IMG/VR virus record: IMGVR_UViG_2061766007_000712 | Length of the DNA stretch: 52,511 bases | From: an uncultured virus (IMG/VR IMGVR_UViG_2061766007_000712) | Lineage: Duplodnaviria; Heunggongvirae; Uroviricota; Caudoviricetes | Strand: one strand, 5' to 3' | Shown here: positions 36,692-46,324 of the stretch, piece after piece | Layout: each line of letters opens with the position of its first letter | Position numbering within the stretch: position 1 is the first letter of the stretch | The notes under the pieces: generated by a model | What the model saw: only the letters and a program-made list of their open reading frames with translations | Database searches by the model: none | Told to the model about the DNA's origin: nothing | Made by a program: the position numbers and the translations under genes

Positions 36692-38158
36692 TTATTTTTC
36701 TTCAACTTTTGCTTTTTCTTCTAATGATTTAAATCCATAATATTCTCTTATTATTTTATCTATTTCATATAAATCATTTGGCATTTCTTTTGATTCAAAC
36801 ATATCCATTGGTGATTTGCAAACTGATGTACCATCATTTTGAGTTTGAAATATATATTCTCCATTTTTATATAAACTTCTTAAAACAATACTGAATAAGC
36901 CTTCGATTACTAATTGATTTGAAAGCATTTTTCCAATAGTTTTAGGCCTATATAATTGATTTACATCATCTATTTCTTCATGTGTGATAACATATACTAT
37001 TTTTTCATCACCACAACTTATAGCACTTTTTATTAAATCATAATAATTTTTTGCCATATTTGTAAATTTATCATAACTTTTATTAGTAGCTTTTTCAAAA
37101 TTTTCAAAAGCCATCATATAAGAGCTATCATCAATTACTATAATTTTCTTTTTAGTGCCTTTTATTGCACTGATAATTCTTTTATATAATTCTTCATAAC
37201 TTAACTCTTTTTCCCCTTCTCTTTGAAAATCTGTTAATGTTACTATTTTTTTGCCATCTTTGTTTTTAAATGGCATTGGTTTGTTAGTTATATTTATTAT
37301 TGTAGTTTCTTCTGCTGGTAAATTTCTTAAACTTGTTGATTTACCACTGCCAGAAGATCCCATAAGTAAAACTCCCATTCCGTTCATATTCTTGCATCTC
37401 CTATTCTCTAAAATTTCTTTTACTTCTTCATATAAATAAGGAATCGGTATTATCTCATAATTTTCAATATTCTCACTAAAATATACAATAAACATTTCTT
37501 CGATTTTCAAGTTGGTGTATTTTTCTACAAGATATTTGTAAATTGATAACTGAATGTAATAGTGATTCAATGTGTAATCTTTTAAGTGTGTTAATGGTAC
37601 TTTCATATTTTTAGCATACTTTTCATTTTTATGTATATCACTATTTGTTTTGTAATCTACTAATACCAAGCCACCTGTTAGTTTATTTATAAATAAATGG
37701 TCTATTGCTGATGCTATGTCATATTTTTCACTACCTATTACAAATTCATCTGCAAGGTGTTCTAATCTATCTTGATAATCTAATTTAAACTTTAATGCTT
37801 GTCTTCTTATCTTACCACAAGCATTTAAAAATTCTTCGCTATTATCAAATAATGCTATTTCATATTCATTTCTACTCCACAAATGTTGTGCAAATTCATG
37901 ACAAGTAGAACCCTTAACACAAGCAAATTTGTTTTTGTAATCCCACTCATCAAGAACTTCTTGAACTGATTTATTTTCTTTTGTAGCAACTTTTTCGGCT
38001 ACTGCTTCAACATCAAATTCATTTGTATAATTTTCTATCAACCTTGTTACTGACATCCCAACTCGTTGTCCTTTGTATTCGTAGTGATGGTCTTCTTCAA
38101 AAAACTTGAAATCTCCAAATGCCTTATTTAATTCTTTTAAATATTCTTCTTTTGTCAT
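36692..38158 (-). CDS. PD-(D/E)XK nuclease fused to an AAA_24/Sak4-like ATPase
   Basis: KGSTCH...IDHL...DYKT...QLSIY; GSSGSGKS Walker A; IVIDD Walker B; KSPMDMF. Confidence 0.85.
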   Translation of the reverse strand: MTKEEYLKELNKAFGDFKFFEEDHHYEYKGQRVGMSVTRLIENYTNEFDVEAVAEKVATKENKSVQEVLDEWDYKNKFACVKGSTCHEFAQHLWSRNEYEIALFDNSEEFLNACGKIRRQALKFKLDYQDRLEHLADEFVIGSEKYDIASAIDHLFINKLTGGLVLVDYKTNSDIHKNEKYAKNMKVPLTHLKDYTLNHYYIQLSIYKYLVEKYTNLKIEEMFIVYFSENIENYEIIPIPYLYEEVKEILENRRCKNMNGMGVLLMGSSGSGKSTSLRNLPAEETTIINITNKPMPFKNKDGKKIVTLTDFQREGEKELSYEELYKRIISAIKGTKKKIIVIDDSSYMMAFENFEKATNKSYDKFTNMAKNYYDLIKSAISCGDEKIVYVITHEEIDDVNQLYRPKTIGKMLSNQLVIEGLFSIVLRSLYKNGEYIFQTQNDGTSVCKSPMDMFESKEMPNDLYEIDKIIREYYGFKSLEEKAKVEEK

Positions 38159-38289
38159 TATTTTTTCCTTTCAGAAATTATTAAATTCACATAACTATTT
38201 AATGACATCCCTTTTTGTTCCGCTTCTTTAACTAAAGAATCGTGAGCATCTTTTCTTATTTGAATATGAATATAAACTTTTTCTTTCAT
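38158..38289 (-). CDS. 43-aa ribbon-helix-helix regulator (not in the ORF track)
   Basis: AGGAGG RBS; MKEKVYIHIQIRKDAHDSLVKEAEQKGMSLNSYVNLIISERKK; TAATG-coupled. Confidence 0.75.
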   Translation of the reverse strand: MKEKVYIHIQIRKDAHDSLVKEAEQKGMSLNSYVNLIISERKK

Positions 38290-38346
38290 TTTTTACCTCC
38301 TATCTATATTAATTATACTATATTTTTAATATAAATNNNNNNNNNN

Positions 38347-39005
38347 CAAAGACAATCTACAGTATTAGCAATTTTAGCAGGTATTTTCGGTATGACAGGT
38401 GGTGTTAACGGACAATTCGTTACAAAACACACTTACGATATTACTGCTTCTGCTAACCCAGAATTAGGTGCTGATACTTTAAATAGAGCATCACAAAAAG
38501 CATTAGGAGATAAGAAAGCAAAATTAGATGTAATCTTTATGCACTCAGCAGTATCAACTAACTTAGAAGGTTTAAACTTAATTAACTTCTTAAAATATAC
38601 TGATAAAGATGGTATTGAAAGAGATTTAACTATTGGNNNNNNNNNNAATTAGTAATCGTAGATGATGAAATGCCAGTAACTAGCGATAGTACAGGAGATA
38701 TTTATACATCTTATGTATTCCAAAAAGGTTTCTTTGAATACGAAAACATTGGTGCAGAAGTACCAAGTGAATTAGTAAGAAATGCTTACGAAAAAGGTGG
38801 TTTCACTGATTTAGTAACTCGTGAAAGAGAAATGATTGTTCCAACATTAATTTCTTACAAAGGAACAGGAACAGTTTCACCAGAAAATAGTGATTTCGCT
38901 ACTGGTTCTAACTGGGAATTAGTAAACAATGACAAAACAGGTGCTAACAAAGTATATGTTGATGACAAATTAATTCCAGTTGCTCGTGTAATTTCTCGTG
39001 GATAA
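38347..39005 (+). CDS. Partial major capsid protein of a third, unrelated phage
   Basis: LGDKKAKLDVIFMHSAV...VIVDDEMP...SP...NWELV...IPVARVISRG; opposite strand; bounded by gaps. Confidence 0.75.
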
Positions 39006-39029
39006 TTTGAATAAAGGAGATGAAAACTT

Positions 39030-39115
39030 ATGGAAAGTGTAGTAACACAATTAGATTTATTAAAGGAAAGAATTGAATATGATGAAAATATCTTTACTGA
39101 TAATGAAACTTATGA
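39030..39115 (+). CDS. 5' fragment of the gene after that capsid (probable head-tail connector)
   Basis: AAGGAG RBS; MESVVTQLDLLKERIEYD...; cut by the gap. Confidence 0.5.
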
Positions 39116-39125
39116 NNNNNNNNNN

Positions 39126-39263
39126 CCAATCTATGATATTTATTACTTTAATTTTTTTAGAATAATGACACTTTCTAACAAAATCATTTTTCTTTTTTAA
39201 ATTCCAAAAATTTACATCAAATCTTTTTTCAGTTAATAAATTTAAACATTGTACCTGCCACAT
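39126..39263 (-). CDS. Hypothetical protein, 3' end in gap
   Basis: Co-oriented ORF with RBS. Confidence 0.5.
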
Positions 39264-39280
39264 GATTTACACATCTCTTT

Positions 39281-39511
39281 CTATTTTTCTACTTCACAAT
39301 TTTTTATTTTATATATTTTAATAAACCACCTTGCTTCTTTAACACTATTAAATGTCATTGATTCTTTTTTATCAGCTACCCAATGAATATAATATTTGTT
39401 TTGTTTGTCTGATCTGTCATAATATTCTACTGGTTTAAGATAGCCAAAACCCCATTCTTTTTCATCTTTATTGTATCTTCTTATATAACATTTCATATTA
39501 TTTACACTCAC
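39281..39511 (-). CDS. Hypothetical protein
   Basis: Coupled ORF. Confidence 0.6.
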   Translation of the reverse strand: MSVNNMKCYIRRYNKDEKEWGFGYLKPVEYYDRSDKQNKYYIHWVADKKESMTFNSVKEARWFIKIYKIKNCEVEK

Positions 39512-39845
39512 TTTCTACCTTAACCCAACTTGATACCTTACTACTTGCTATCCATCCTGTTTGATGATTGCCATACACAATTTTGTACCAATTATATTGA
39601 TTTCCTTCATAATACTCCACAACATCAAATATCTCATCTTTATATACTTCTTTAATAATATCTGTATCTAACCCTATTTTTTTTCTTAAATTTATTTTTT
39701 CAACATCAATTCTCACTTTGTATATTATGTTATTATCTAATTCTTTATTTCTTAAATTAATTAATATTTGTGTTGTAATATTTCCTGCTATAAAAAACAC
39801 TGTGCATAATACAAATGTTATTATAATCATTTTATATGTTTTCAT
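39498..39845 (-). CDS. Membrane-anchored bacterial SH3-domain protein
   Basis: N-terminal TM helix; INLRK...WYKIVYG...TGWIAS. Confidence 0.75.
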   Translation of the reverse strand: MKTYKMIIITFVLCTVFFIAGNITTQILINLRNKELDNNIIYKVRIDVEKINLRKKIGLDTDIIKEVYKDEIFDVVEYYEGNQYNWYKIVYGNHQTGWIASSKVSSWVKVESECK

Positions 39846-40126
39846 TTTAATCTCTCCTTTATTTTTTTAAACTCATTTGATATTTTCTCAAGTTGTTTTA
39901 ATTGCTTATCTACTTTTTTTATAAATTCTTGTGTATTTTTATTTACTATTGATGGTTCATCTTTTGTAGCCATAAAGTATGTAATATGATTTTCTAATTC
40001 TTCTAGCTCTTCTTTGTTTAATGGCTCACATAAAATTATATTCATCAAATAAACAGGTTCGTTTTCATATACTTTTTTACCTATGCGTGCTAATTCTTTA
40101 TCACTTATATAAAATCCTTTTTTCAT
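39842..40126 (-). CDS. Hypothetical protein
   Basis: AAGGAG RBS. Confidence 0.65.
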   Translation of the reverse strand: MKKGFYISDKELARIGKKVYENEPVYLMNIILCEPLNKEELEELENHITYFMATKDEPSIVNKNTQEFIKKVDKQLKQLEKISNEFKKIKERLK

Positions 40127-40138
40127 CTTAATTTCTCC

Positions 40139-40366
40139 TTACCATAAGTTCATTTCTCTTATTTCTTCATCAGAAATTATTACTAAAATAGGAAAAATTA
40201 TATTAAAAGTAGTTAATATTTTTAAACTATTTTCATTAATATAGATATTTCCAATATGAAACATTGTATTTGGGTTAACTAAACTCCATATTCCAACAGT
40301 AATAGTTCCTATAATTGATACTATAAACCAAATTATAAATGTTATTGTTTTAATTTTCTTTTTCAT
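40139..40366 (-). CDS. Two-TM membrane protein
   Basis: ATGA-coupled; hydrophobic. Confidence 0.6.
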   Translation of the reverse strand: MKKKIKTITFIIWFIVSIIGTITVGIWSLVNPNTMFHIGNIYINENSLKILTTFNIIFPILVIISDEEIREMNLW

Positions 40367-40578
40367 TTTCTCTTAATCTTCTTCCTTAACCTATATTCAA
40401 ATTCATCTTTTGCATTTGCAAATATGTATCTACCACACCATTCGCAAAATGCTTTATTTCTTCTTATTACTTGTAGTGAATGTCCACATCTCTCACAATG
40501 TAGGCATGTACTATAAAAATTTACTGCTCTTTGTGTATCTTTCTTGAAGTTTTTGTCATATATAGTCCTTTTTACCAT
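40363..40578 (-). CDS. Zn-ribbon protein
   Basis: CERCGH...CEWCG. Confidence 0.7.
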   Translation of the reverse strand: MVKRTIYDKNFKKDTQRAVNFYSTCLHCERCGHSLQVIRRNKAFCEWCGRYIFANAKDEFEYRLRKKIKRK

Positions 40579-40657
40579 TTTGACACCCTTTCTAGCAACT
40601 TTTTAGAAGAGTTTGATAGTTTATACTATCTTGTTAAAACTCTTCTAATTTGCCCAT

Positions 40658-40894
40658 TTATTCGTTTTCTTCGTATTCTTCTGCTCTACGATCCATTTCT
40701 TGCTGTATTAAGTAATCATCATAAGCTTCTTTGTTATCTTCTTGCTCTTCTACATAGTCATCATATTCGTATGCTTTTTGGTTGTCATAAGTATTTAAAA
40801 TTTGGTCTAAGTTCATATTAGCACTCCTTTCTCTATAAATATCTGCTAAATCTTCCATTACAAAATCTGTTAAATTCATTTTCTTATTTTCCAT
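40658..40894 (-). CDS. Small acidic protein
   Basis: AAGGAG RBS; D/E-rich, like 1059-1241. Confidence 0.65.
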   Translation of the reverse strand: MENKKMNLTDFVMEDLADIYRERSANMNLDQILNTYDNQKAYEYDDYVEEQEDNKEAYDDYLIQQEMDRRAEEYEENE

Positions 40895-40906
40895 TTTAAT
40901 CTCTCC

Positions 40907-41071
40907 TTACATTATAAAAAATATTGTTATGCAAAATGTGTATAATGCTGTGAAGAATATTAATTCTAATTTATCGTGTAATTTTTTCTTTTTTAAATCT
41001 TGCACTAATTTTGCATTTGATATTCTGTATTGATTCTCTATTATTTCTAGCATCTTTCTTGTTTCTTCCAT
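40907..41071 (-). CDS. 54-aa membrane protein, first early gene
   Basis: AAGGAG/AAGGG RBS; C-terminal TM helix; directly after a promoter. Confidence 0.55.
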   Translation of the reverse strand: MEETRKMLEIIENQYRISNAKLVQDLKKKKLHDKLELIFFTALYTFCITIFFIM

Positions 41072-41097
41072 ACCCTTTCATCTCCTTTTTCAATACA

Positions 41098-41126
41098 AGT
41101 ATACTATAATTATACTATAATGTCAA
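41098..41126 (-). promoter_or_regulatory. Consensus sigmaA early promoter with a TTATAGTATA direct repeat
   Basis: TTGACA-17 bp-TATACT. Confidence 0.8.
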
Positions 41127-41173
41127 TACTTTTTTTACAAAAAAATAAAAAAAGTGTAAAAAATTACACTTTC

Positions 41174-41695
41174 TTATGATAAATCTTTTATTGCTTTATC
41201 AATTTTGTCTTGTAAATATTTATTTTCTTGTTTTAATAAATCTATCTCTTTTAATGCTTGCTCATATTTCTCTTTGTAGTCTATTGGTTCAGGATTTGTT
41301 GTTTTAAGTCTAAAAGCGTGTTGTCCCTCACGATTTATTACCATTACTTGACAAGGGTTTGGGTTTTGTGAAAAATACCAACAACTCTTGCCATCATAGT
41401 GGTCTAGTACAGCAACGTGTCCGTATTCCCATATTATTACATCTCCCATTTCCATTTCGTTTAATGGTACTTCGTCAAAGTATTGTAACAATTCATTTAA
41501 TTCTGGTGGTACTAGCATATTGCTTACTAAACCACAACCACCTAAAACCCAGTCAGGAACACCTAAATATTTTACAAAATATGTTTGTGCCAAGTCCCAA
41601 CATTGCGCTCCGTGCTTTCCGTCATAGTCTACATATTTACCATTATAAGTATCTCTAAATTCTATGTACTTTTGTACTGCTTCATTATGTGTCAT
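41174..41695 (-). CDS. CHAP-domain endolysin
   Basis: DYDGKHGAQCWDL...GDVIIW..GHVAV...SQNP. Confidence 0.85.
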   Translation of the reverse strand: MTHNEAVQKYIEFRDTYNGKYVDYDGKHGAQCWDLAQTYFVKYLGVPDWVLGGCGLVSNMLVPPELNELLQYFDEVPLNEMEMGDVIIWEYGHVAVLDHYDGKSCWYFSQNPNPCQVMVINREGQHAFRLKTTNPEPIDYKEKYEQALKEIDLLKQENKYLQDKIDKAIKDLS

Positions 41696-41911
41696 TTATT
41701 TTTTCTCTCCTTTCTCCTTATTATAATTATAACTAGATATTCCTAACCAAATACCTAAAACAGTTCCTATAAGGTTTATAGTTTTTACTATCTCATTAGT
41801 ATATGGAATACCCCATATTTCACCTAAACCTGCTACTAATGTTGACAAACCATATAGTCCAACAATTGCAACCCATTTTAAAACATCATATGCTTTATTG
41901 CTCATTTTCAT
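41696..41911 (-). CDS. Holin (Dp-1-like)
   Basis: MSNKAYDVLKWVAIV...WGIPY...LGIWLGISS..Y. Confidence 0.85.
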   Translation of the reverse strand: MKMSNKAYDVLKWVAIVGLYGLSTLVAGLGEIWGIPYTNEIVKTINLIGTVLGIWLGISSYNYNKEKGEKK

Positions 41912-41922
41912 TTTATCACCAC

Positions 41923-42810
41923 CTATTCTATTGGATAACAAACAGTTGCATTCATCCAACCACCTGTTGAAATTCCACCATCTACTTGTATTTGAGTGTT
42001 GTGAACATATAATCTGTATGCAGCACCAGCAGAAGCACCTAAAAAACTAAAATATGAAGGTTTGGTTTTAGGTAATCCTGTAAATAATACTGCACCATTA
42101 GGAATACTACTAGCCAGTTGTACATTTAAACTAACCATACATATTGAACCATACACATACACATTAGCATTACCCACACTTGTAACGTATGTTGTATTTG
42201 CAGTTATTGTGATGGGCTCTAATTCTGGGTTTAAATCTTGGAATGGTGCATATAGTGTTGCCGTATCTCCTTCTTCAATTTGAAAGTTAGAAATTGTTAT
42301 AGTTGCACTATTTGAACCCACACCATAAAAAACTGTGTTTTTATTTATTAAATCACTTCCGTTCATTGTGAATGAAAGTCTTTGAACTGTTGTAGTTAAT
42401 GTTACATTCATTTGATTTGGTGAAATTCCATATTGGAAATTTTTATTCGTACTTGCTACTGCATCAAACGAAATTGTATATTGTTTTGTGGTATCAATGT
42501 TTGCATACGATAATATATTTCCAAATATACCACTATAATTTTGTGCAGTAGCATTTATAACTATTGTTGTATCATTACTGAATGAATATGTAGCATTTCC
42601 ATTAGTAATAAGAGTAAAACTTTTATAACTATTTGTTCCTAACATATTTTTACTTCTTATACTATCTACTATAATATTTCCTGCAGACATTTCACCACTT
42701 AATTTTTTATCATTGGTTTCAATACCATTTTCCATATTGTTTAATCTTGCTGCAGTAACAGGTGTTGTTGTATTTGGCAAATCTTCCCAAATTGTTTTTA
42801 CATATGACAT
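41923..42810 (-). CDS. Tail fibre/receptor-binding protein
   Basis: YVKTIWEDLP.TTTPVTAARLNNMENGI; carbohydrate-binding-like middle (QIEEGDTATLYAP). Confidence 0.75.
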   Translation of the reverse strand: MSYVKTIWEDLPNTTTPVTAARLNNMENGIETNDKKLSGEMSAGNIIVDSIRSKNMLGTNSYKSFTLITNGNATYSFSNDTTIVINATAQNYSGIFGNILSYANIDTTKQYTISFDAVASTNKNFQYGISPNQMNVTLTTTVQRLSFTMNGSDLINKNTVFYGVGSNSATITISNFQIEEGDTATLYAPFQDLNPELEPITITANTTYVTSVGNANVYVYGSICMVSLNVQLASSIPNGAVLFTGLPKTKPSYFSFLGASAGAAYRLYVHNTQIQVDGGISTGGWMNATVCYPIE

Positions 42811-43031
42811 TATTTATCACTCTCTCTTTCTAATTTAGTAACATTTTCTTCTAATGTTTTGTTGTATTTTTTTAATTCAGTTTCATACTCTTGTTTTTCT
42901 AATAATTCTAGTTGCATCAATATTTTTTCTATTGTTGGTTTTAACACAAATGCTGGTATTTCACATTTATTGATTACATCAACAATTTGCTGCTCCGTTT
43001 CTTTTAATTTTATTATTGTTGGTTTTTCCAT
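42810..43031 (-). CDS. Small tail-module protein
   Basis: Homolog of 4240-4443. Confidence 0.75.
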   Translation of the reverse strand: MEKPTIIKLKETEQQIVDVINKCEIPAFVLKPTIEKILMQLELLEKQEYETELKKYNKTLEENVTKLERESDK

Positions 43032-45928
43032 TATTTTTCCTCCAATTTATTTATTTTTTGCTGTAATGCTTTACAGACAACTAATAAATATTTTATTAAT
43101 GTTTCTTCATCGTATCTTTTAAAGTTTATTATTGGCAAATTTTCTTTATTTTCTTCGCCAGCAAAATAGTCTAAATAATTATTTTTGTTTATTCCTGCTT
43201 TTTCATCTTTAAAGTAGAAAAATTTATCTGCTAATTTATTATCTAATAAATCATCGATCATAAAACCGAATTGGTCTTTTTTAGGATGTATATTATATTT
43301 ATAATTGTAATCGTACAATTTTATTTCATCTAGTAATGTTAAAGCGTCATTATATTCACTTTGTTTAAATTCTTCAATATTTGTTTTCAAACATCTTGAT
43401 GAAGGTCCACTACTTGATGTTGCTGCTCTTGCATTTCCTACATTAGCATTTCCAATATAAACATAATGGTCGTACGCAGCGTTTATTGTAATGTGTGCAG
43501 AAGCATACATATATATACTTCCTGGGTTAGTCCCATATCCTGTTCTTCCTCCTGTTGCTATTTGTAAATATCCTCCAGGTTTAATTTGATTTGTTTTAAA
43601 CACACCATAAACAATTGCATCTCTATCTACTTCTAAATCACTAGTTGCTGTTATATAAGGTGTGTTAATTCCCCCAGCAAAAGTAAATATGTTACCATCA
43701 CTATTAAAACCAAGATTGCTAATATTAATTCCAGCACCACCTGTTACGTTTAAACCAGATACATTTACGTGTGTAGTATTTGCTCCTGCTGATAAATAAC
43801 CGCCACCATTAGTGTTAATGTTTATTGTTCCACCAGAAATTCTATCTCCACTCAAGGTTCCAGAATTTATCTGGTCAGCACTTATATTTTGAGCAGATAA
43901 GTTGTCTGTTGTTATTACACTACTATCTACTTGTGATGCAGTTATAGTTCCTGTTGTGATTTTGTTTCCATTAATCGTTGTTGTAGTATCATTATTAATT
44001 GCATTTATAACACCATTTATATTTACTTTGTTTGCTTGAATAGTTGCTGTTCCTGGTGCTAAATTAATGCTAGAAAATATATCTTCAGTTCTGTTTCCAT
44101 TTTCATCAAACCCAATTATTCTTCTTCTAACTTCTAAATTAATATCTTCTGCTGTTTGATTGATAGCACTATTCATTTCAACTCTTGTTGCAAATTGTGT
44201 AGTGTAAATATTACTTGCCATTAATCTTACCATTATGCAAGCATTGTTATAACCTAATAAACAAACTGTATAACTTCCTGTTCCTAAATTAATTGTAGGA
44301 TATGGGTCTATATCAATGACTTGTGGTGTTGATAATAAATCAACAGTTCCATCACTATTATACACACACTTTTTTGTTACATTACACGTATGGCTATCAT
44401 AATCTAAATAAAATTCATCATAGTTGTCTTGGTCATAGTACAATAAATCGTAAGGCAATTCATAATCTATTATTTGTGTTTTTTGTACTCCTTCCTCGAC
44501 ATAACTTCTTGTAAATCTTAATGTTCTTCTTTTTAAGAATAAATTAGTGCTTGGGAATAATCCACTATTTGGATATAAATAACTTATATTCTCTCCAATA
44601 GGATGTATCTTAATTTGTATAGGTTCGCTTTCATTGACACCATCCAATTCAACTTGTGCATCAGTATCTTCAGCACTTACTGTTATATCTGCAATATTGC
44701 TTATTTTAGCGTTTAATTCATCTACTGTTTGTGTTATTTGCGATATTTTATTATCTTGTTCAGTTACATTCGTTACAACACTTTCTATTACTTGATTTTG
44801 CTTATCTACAATAAAATATGTTTGGTTTATTCTTCTATCTGTTTTATCGCTCTTTGTGTAATCTGTTTCACTTTCTTCTGGCAAATCAGTATATACATTT
44901 TCTTCCAAACCTTGCGTTATATTTATTTCATCATTAAACATTATACAAGAATAAACATCTTCACCAATTTGAATATTGTACCTGTCACACATATCATAAT
45001 ATGTAATACCTGTACTAGAAAAGTCGTTTAAATAGTATTGTAAACCATTTAATCTATTCAATATGTCTGTTAAATAGGTATCTCTATCGTTCCCATTCAT
45101 TATTTGATTATTGGCTATTTCTATTGCTTTTCGTTGGTCTTCTGGCAAATCATCAGGATAAGACTTATATATTTTGTCTGCCCCTGCTCTTGACAACACA
45201 ATTGTGTTTACTGTGCCATACATTTCACCAAATTTTACATTAACATCTTTTAAATATTCTGCATCTATTGTATCGCCAGTATCATTTATATATCTAATTT
45301 CAAGTTCATCATCATCATTAATACAAATTGTACTTGCTGTTACTTGTGCAAGTTCATCTAGCACATCTCTAAATGTGTATCCAAGCGAATTGCCTTCACT
45401 ATCCAAATATAATTCTGTTGCTATTTGTTTGTCATAATTTGCAAAAGTATCGTTTAAATTCGCAAAATCTAAGCCTAAATGAGTACAAATAGCATTTATA
45501 TAATTTCTTACTGTTATTGGATAAGTTATATTCATTGATTCATAATCAACCATAGAATATAACATTTTATCATAACAAATAATATTATAACTATCTACAT
45601 CTTCTTGCTTTTCAACTTCTTTAACAATATAATTTCCAAAATCTATATAATCATAATTGTCTCTATAATCTTCAACTTCATTATATCTTGTTTTAACACC
45701 AAATTGATAATTGATAATTGTTCCAACAGGTATTTCAACATTACTATCTATTTTTAATTCTTTCATAGCAGATTTTAATATAGCACTTTCATATATAGGA
45801 GAAACAGAGTTAAGTGCTTCATTCCCTAATATAACTGTTTCCCCATTATCGTCGTATGTAATTATGCTATCTAATTCTCTACCAAAAAGTTTTACATTTT
45901 CTTTAAATGCGCTTGTATGTGCCTTCAT
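43031..45928 (-). CDS. Tail tip/spike protein with a C-terminal intramolecular chaperone (S74-like)
   Basis: Beta-helix-like ITTGTITA repeats; SSRCLKTNI cleavage-type motif; FGFMIDDL; C-terminal coiled coil. Confidence 0.8.
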   Translation of the reverse strand: MKAHTSAFKENVKLFGRELDSIITYDDNGETVILGNEALNSVSPIYESAILKSAMKELKIDSNVEIPVGTIINYQFGVKTRYNEVEDYRDNYDYIDFGNYIVKEVEKQEDVDSYNIICYDKMLYSMVDYESMNITYPITVRNYINAICTHLGLDFANLNDTFANYDKQIATELYLDSEGNSLGYTFRDVLDELAQVTASTICINDDDELEIRYINDTGDTIDAEYLKDVNVKFGEMYGTVNTIVLSRAGADKIYKSYPDDLPEDQRKAIEIANNQIMNGNDRDTYLTDILNRLNGLQYYLNDFSSTGITYYDMCDRYNIQIGEDVYSCIMFNDEINITQGLEENVYTDLPEESETDYTKSDKTDRRINQTYFIVDKQNQVIESVVTNVTEQDNKISQITQTVDELNAKISNIADITVSAEDTDAQVELDGVNESEPIQIKIHPIGENISYLYPNSGLFPSTNLFLKRRTLRFTRSYVEEGVQKTQIIDYELPYDLLYYDQDNYDEFYLDYDSHTCNVTKKCVYNSDGTVDLLSTPQVIDIDPYPTINLGTGSYTVCLLGYNNACIMVRLMASNIYTTQFATRVEMNSAINQTAEDINLEVRRRIIGFDENGNRTEDIFSSINLAPGTATIQANKVNINGVINAINNDTTTTINGNKITTGTITASQVDSSVITTDNLSAQNISADQINSGTLSGDRISGGTININTNGGGYLSAGANTTHVNVSGLNVTGGAGINISNLGFNSDGNIFTFAGGINTPYITATSDLEVDRDAIVYGVFKTNQIKPGGYLQIATGGRTGYGTNPGSIYMYASAHITINAAYDHYVYIGNANVGNARAATSSSGPSSRCLKTNIEEFKQSEYNDALTLLDEIKLYDYNYKYNIHPKKDQFGFMIDDLLDNKLADKFFYFKDEKAGINKNNYLDYFAGEENKENLPIINFKRYDEETLIKYLLVVCKALQQKINKLEEK

Positions 45929-45929
45929 A

Positions 45930-46313
45930 TCACACTCTCCTACTTACTGCTATAAATGAACAACTAAACCCTTGATTTTTTTTACCATTTTCTATTACTG
46001 TTTTATTAGATATTTCATAATCACCTGTATATGTTGACATTGTTACACTTGCTTGTTTGTTAGGATCATAATATGTAACAGTTTGTCTTGCACTATCTAA
46101 TATAGGTATTATTATTTCAAGTTCTTCTTTTGTTAGCTTTCTAAACTGCAATATTATTTTGGGGAATATTCCTACGAGAGTTCCGCTTTGCGTTCCTGCT
46201 AAATTTCTTCCACTATCACTAGACCATAATTTGTTGTATCCATATTTTGCTTCTACTAAATATTGACCCATTGATACTTCATTTATTACAATACTATCTT
46301 TGTCTATAAACAT
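45930..46313 (-). CDS. Distal-tail-like protein
   Basis: LWSSDSGRNLAG...YYDP...YTGD. Confidence 0.75.
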   Translation of the reverse strand: MFIDKDSIVINEVSMGQYLVEAKYGYNKLWSSDSGRNLAGTQSGTLVGIFPKIILQFRKLTKEELEIIIPILDSARQTVTYYDPNKQASVTMSTYTGDYEISNKTVIENGKKNQGFSCSFIAVSRRV

Positions 46314-46324
46314 TATAACACCAC

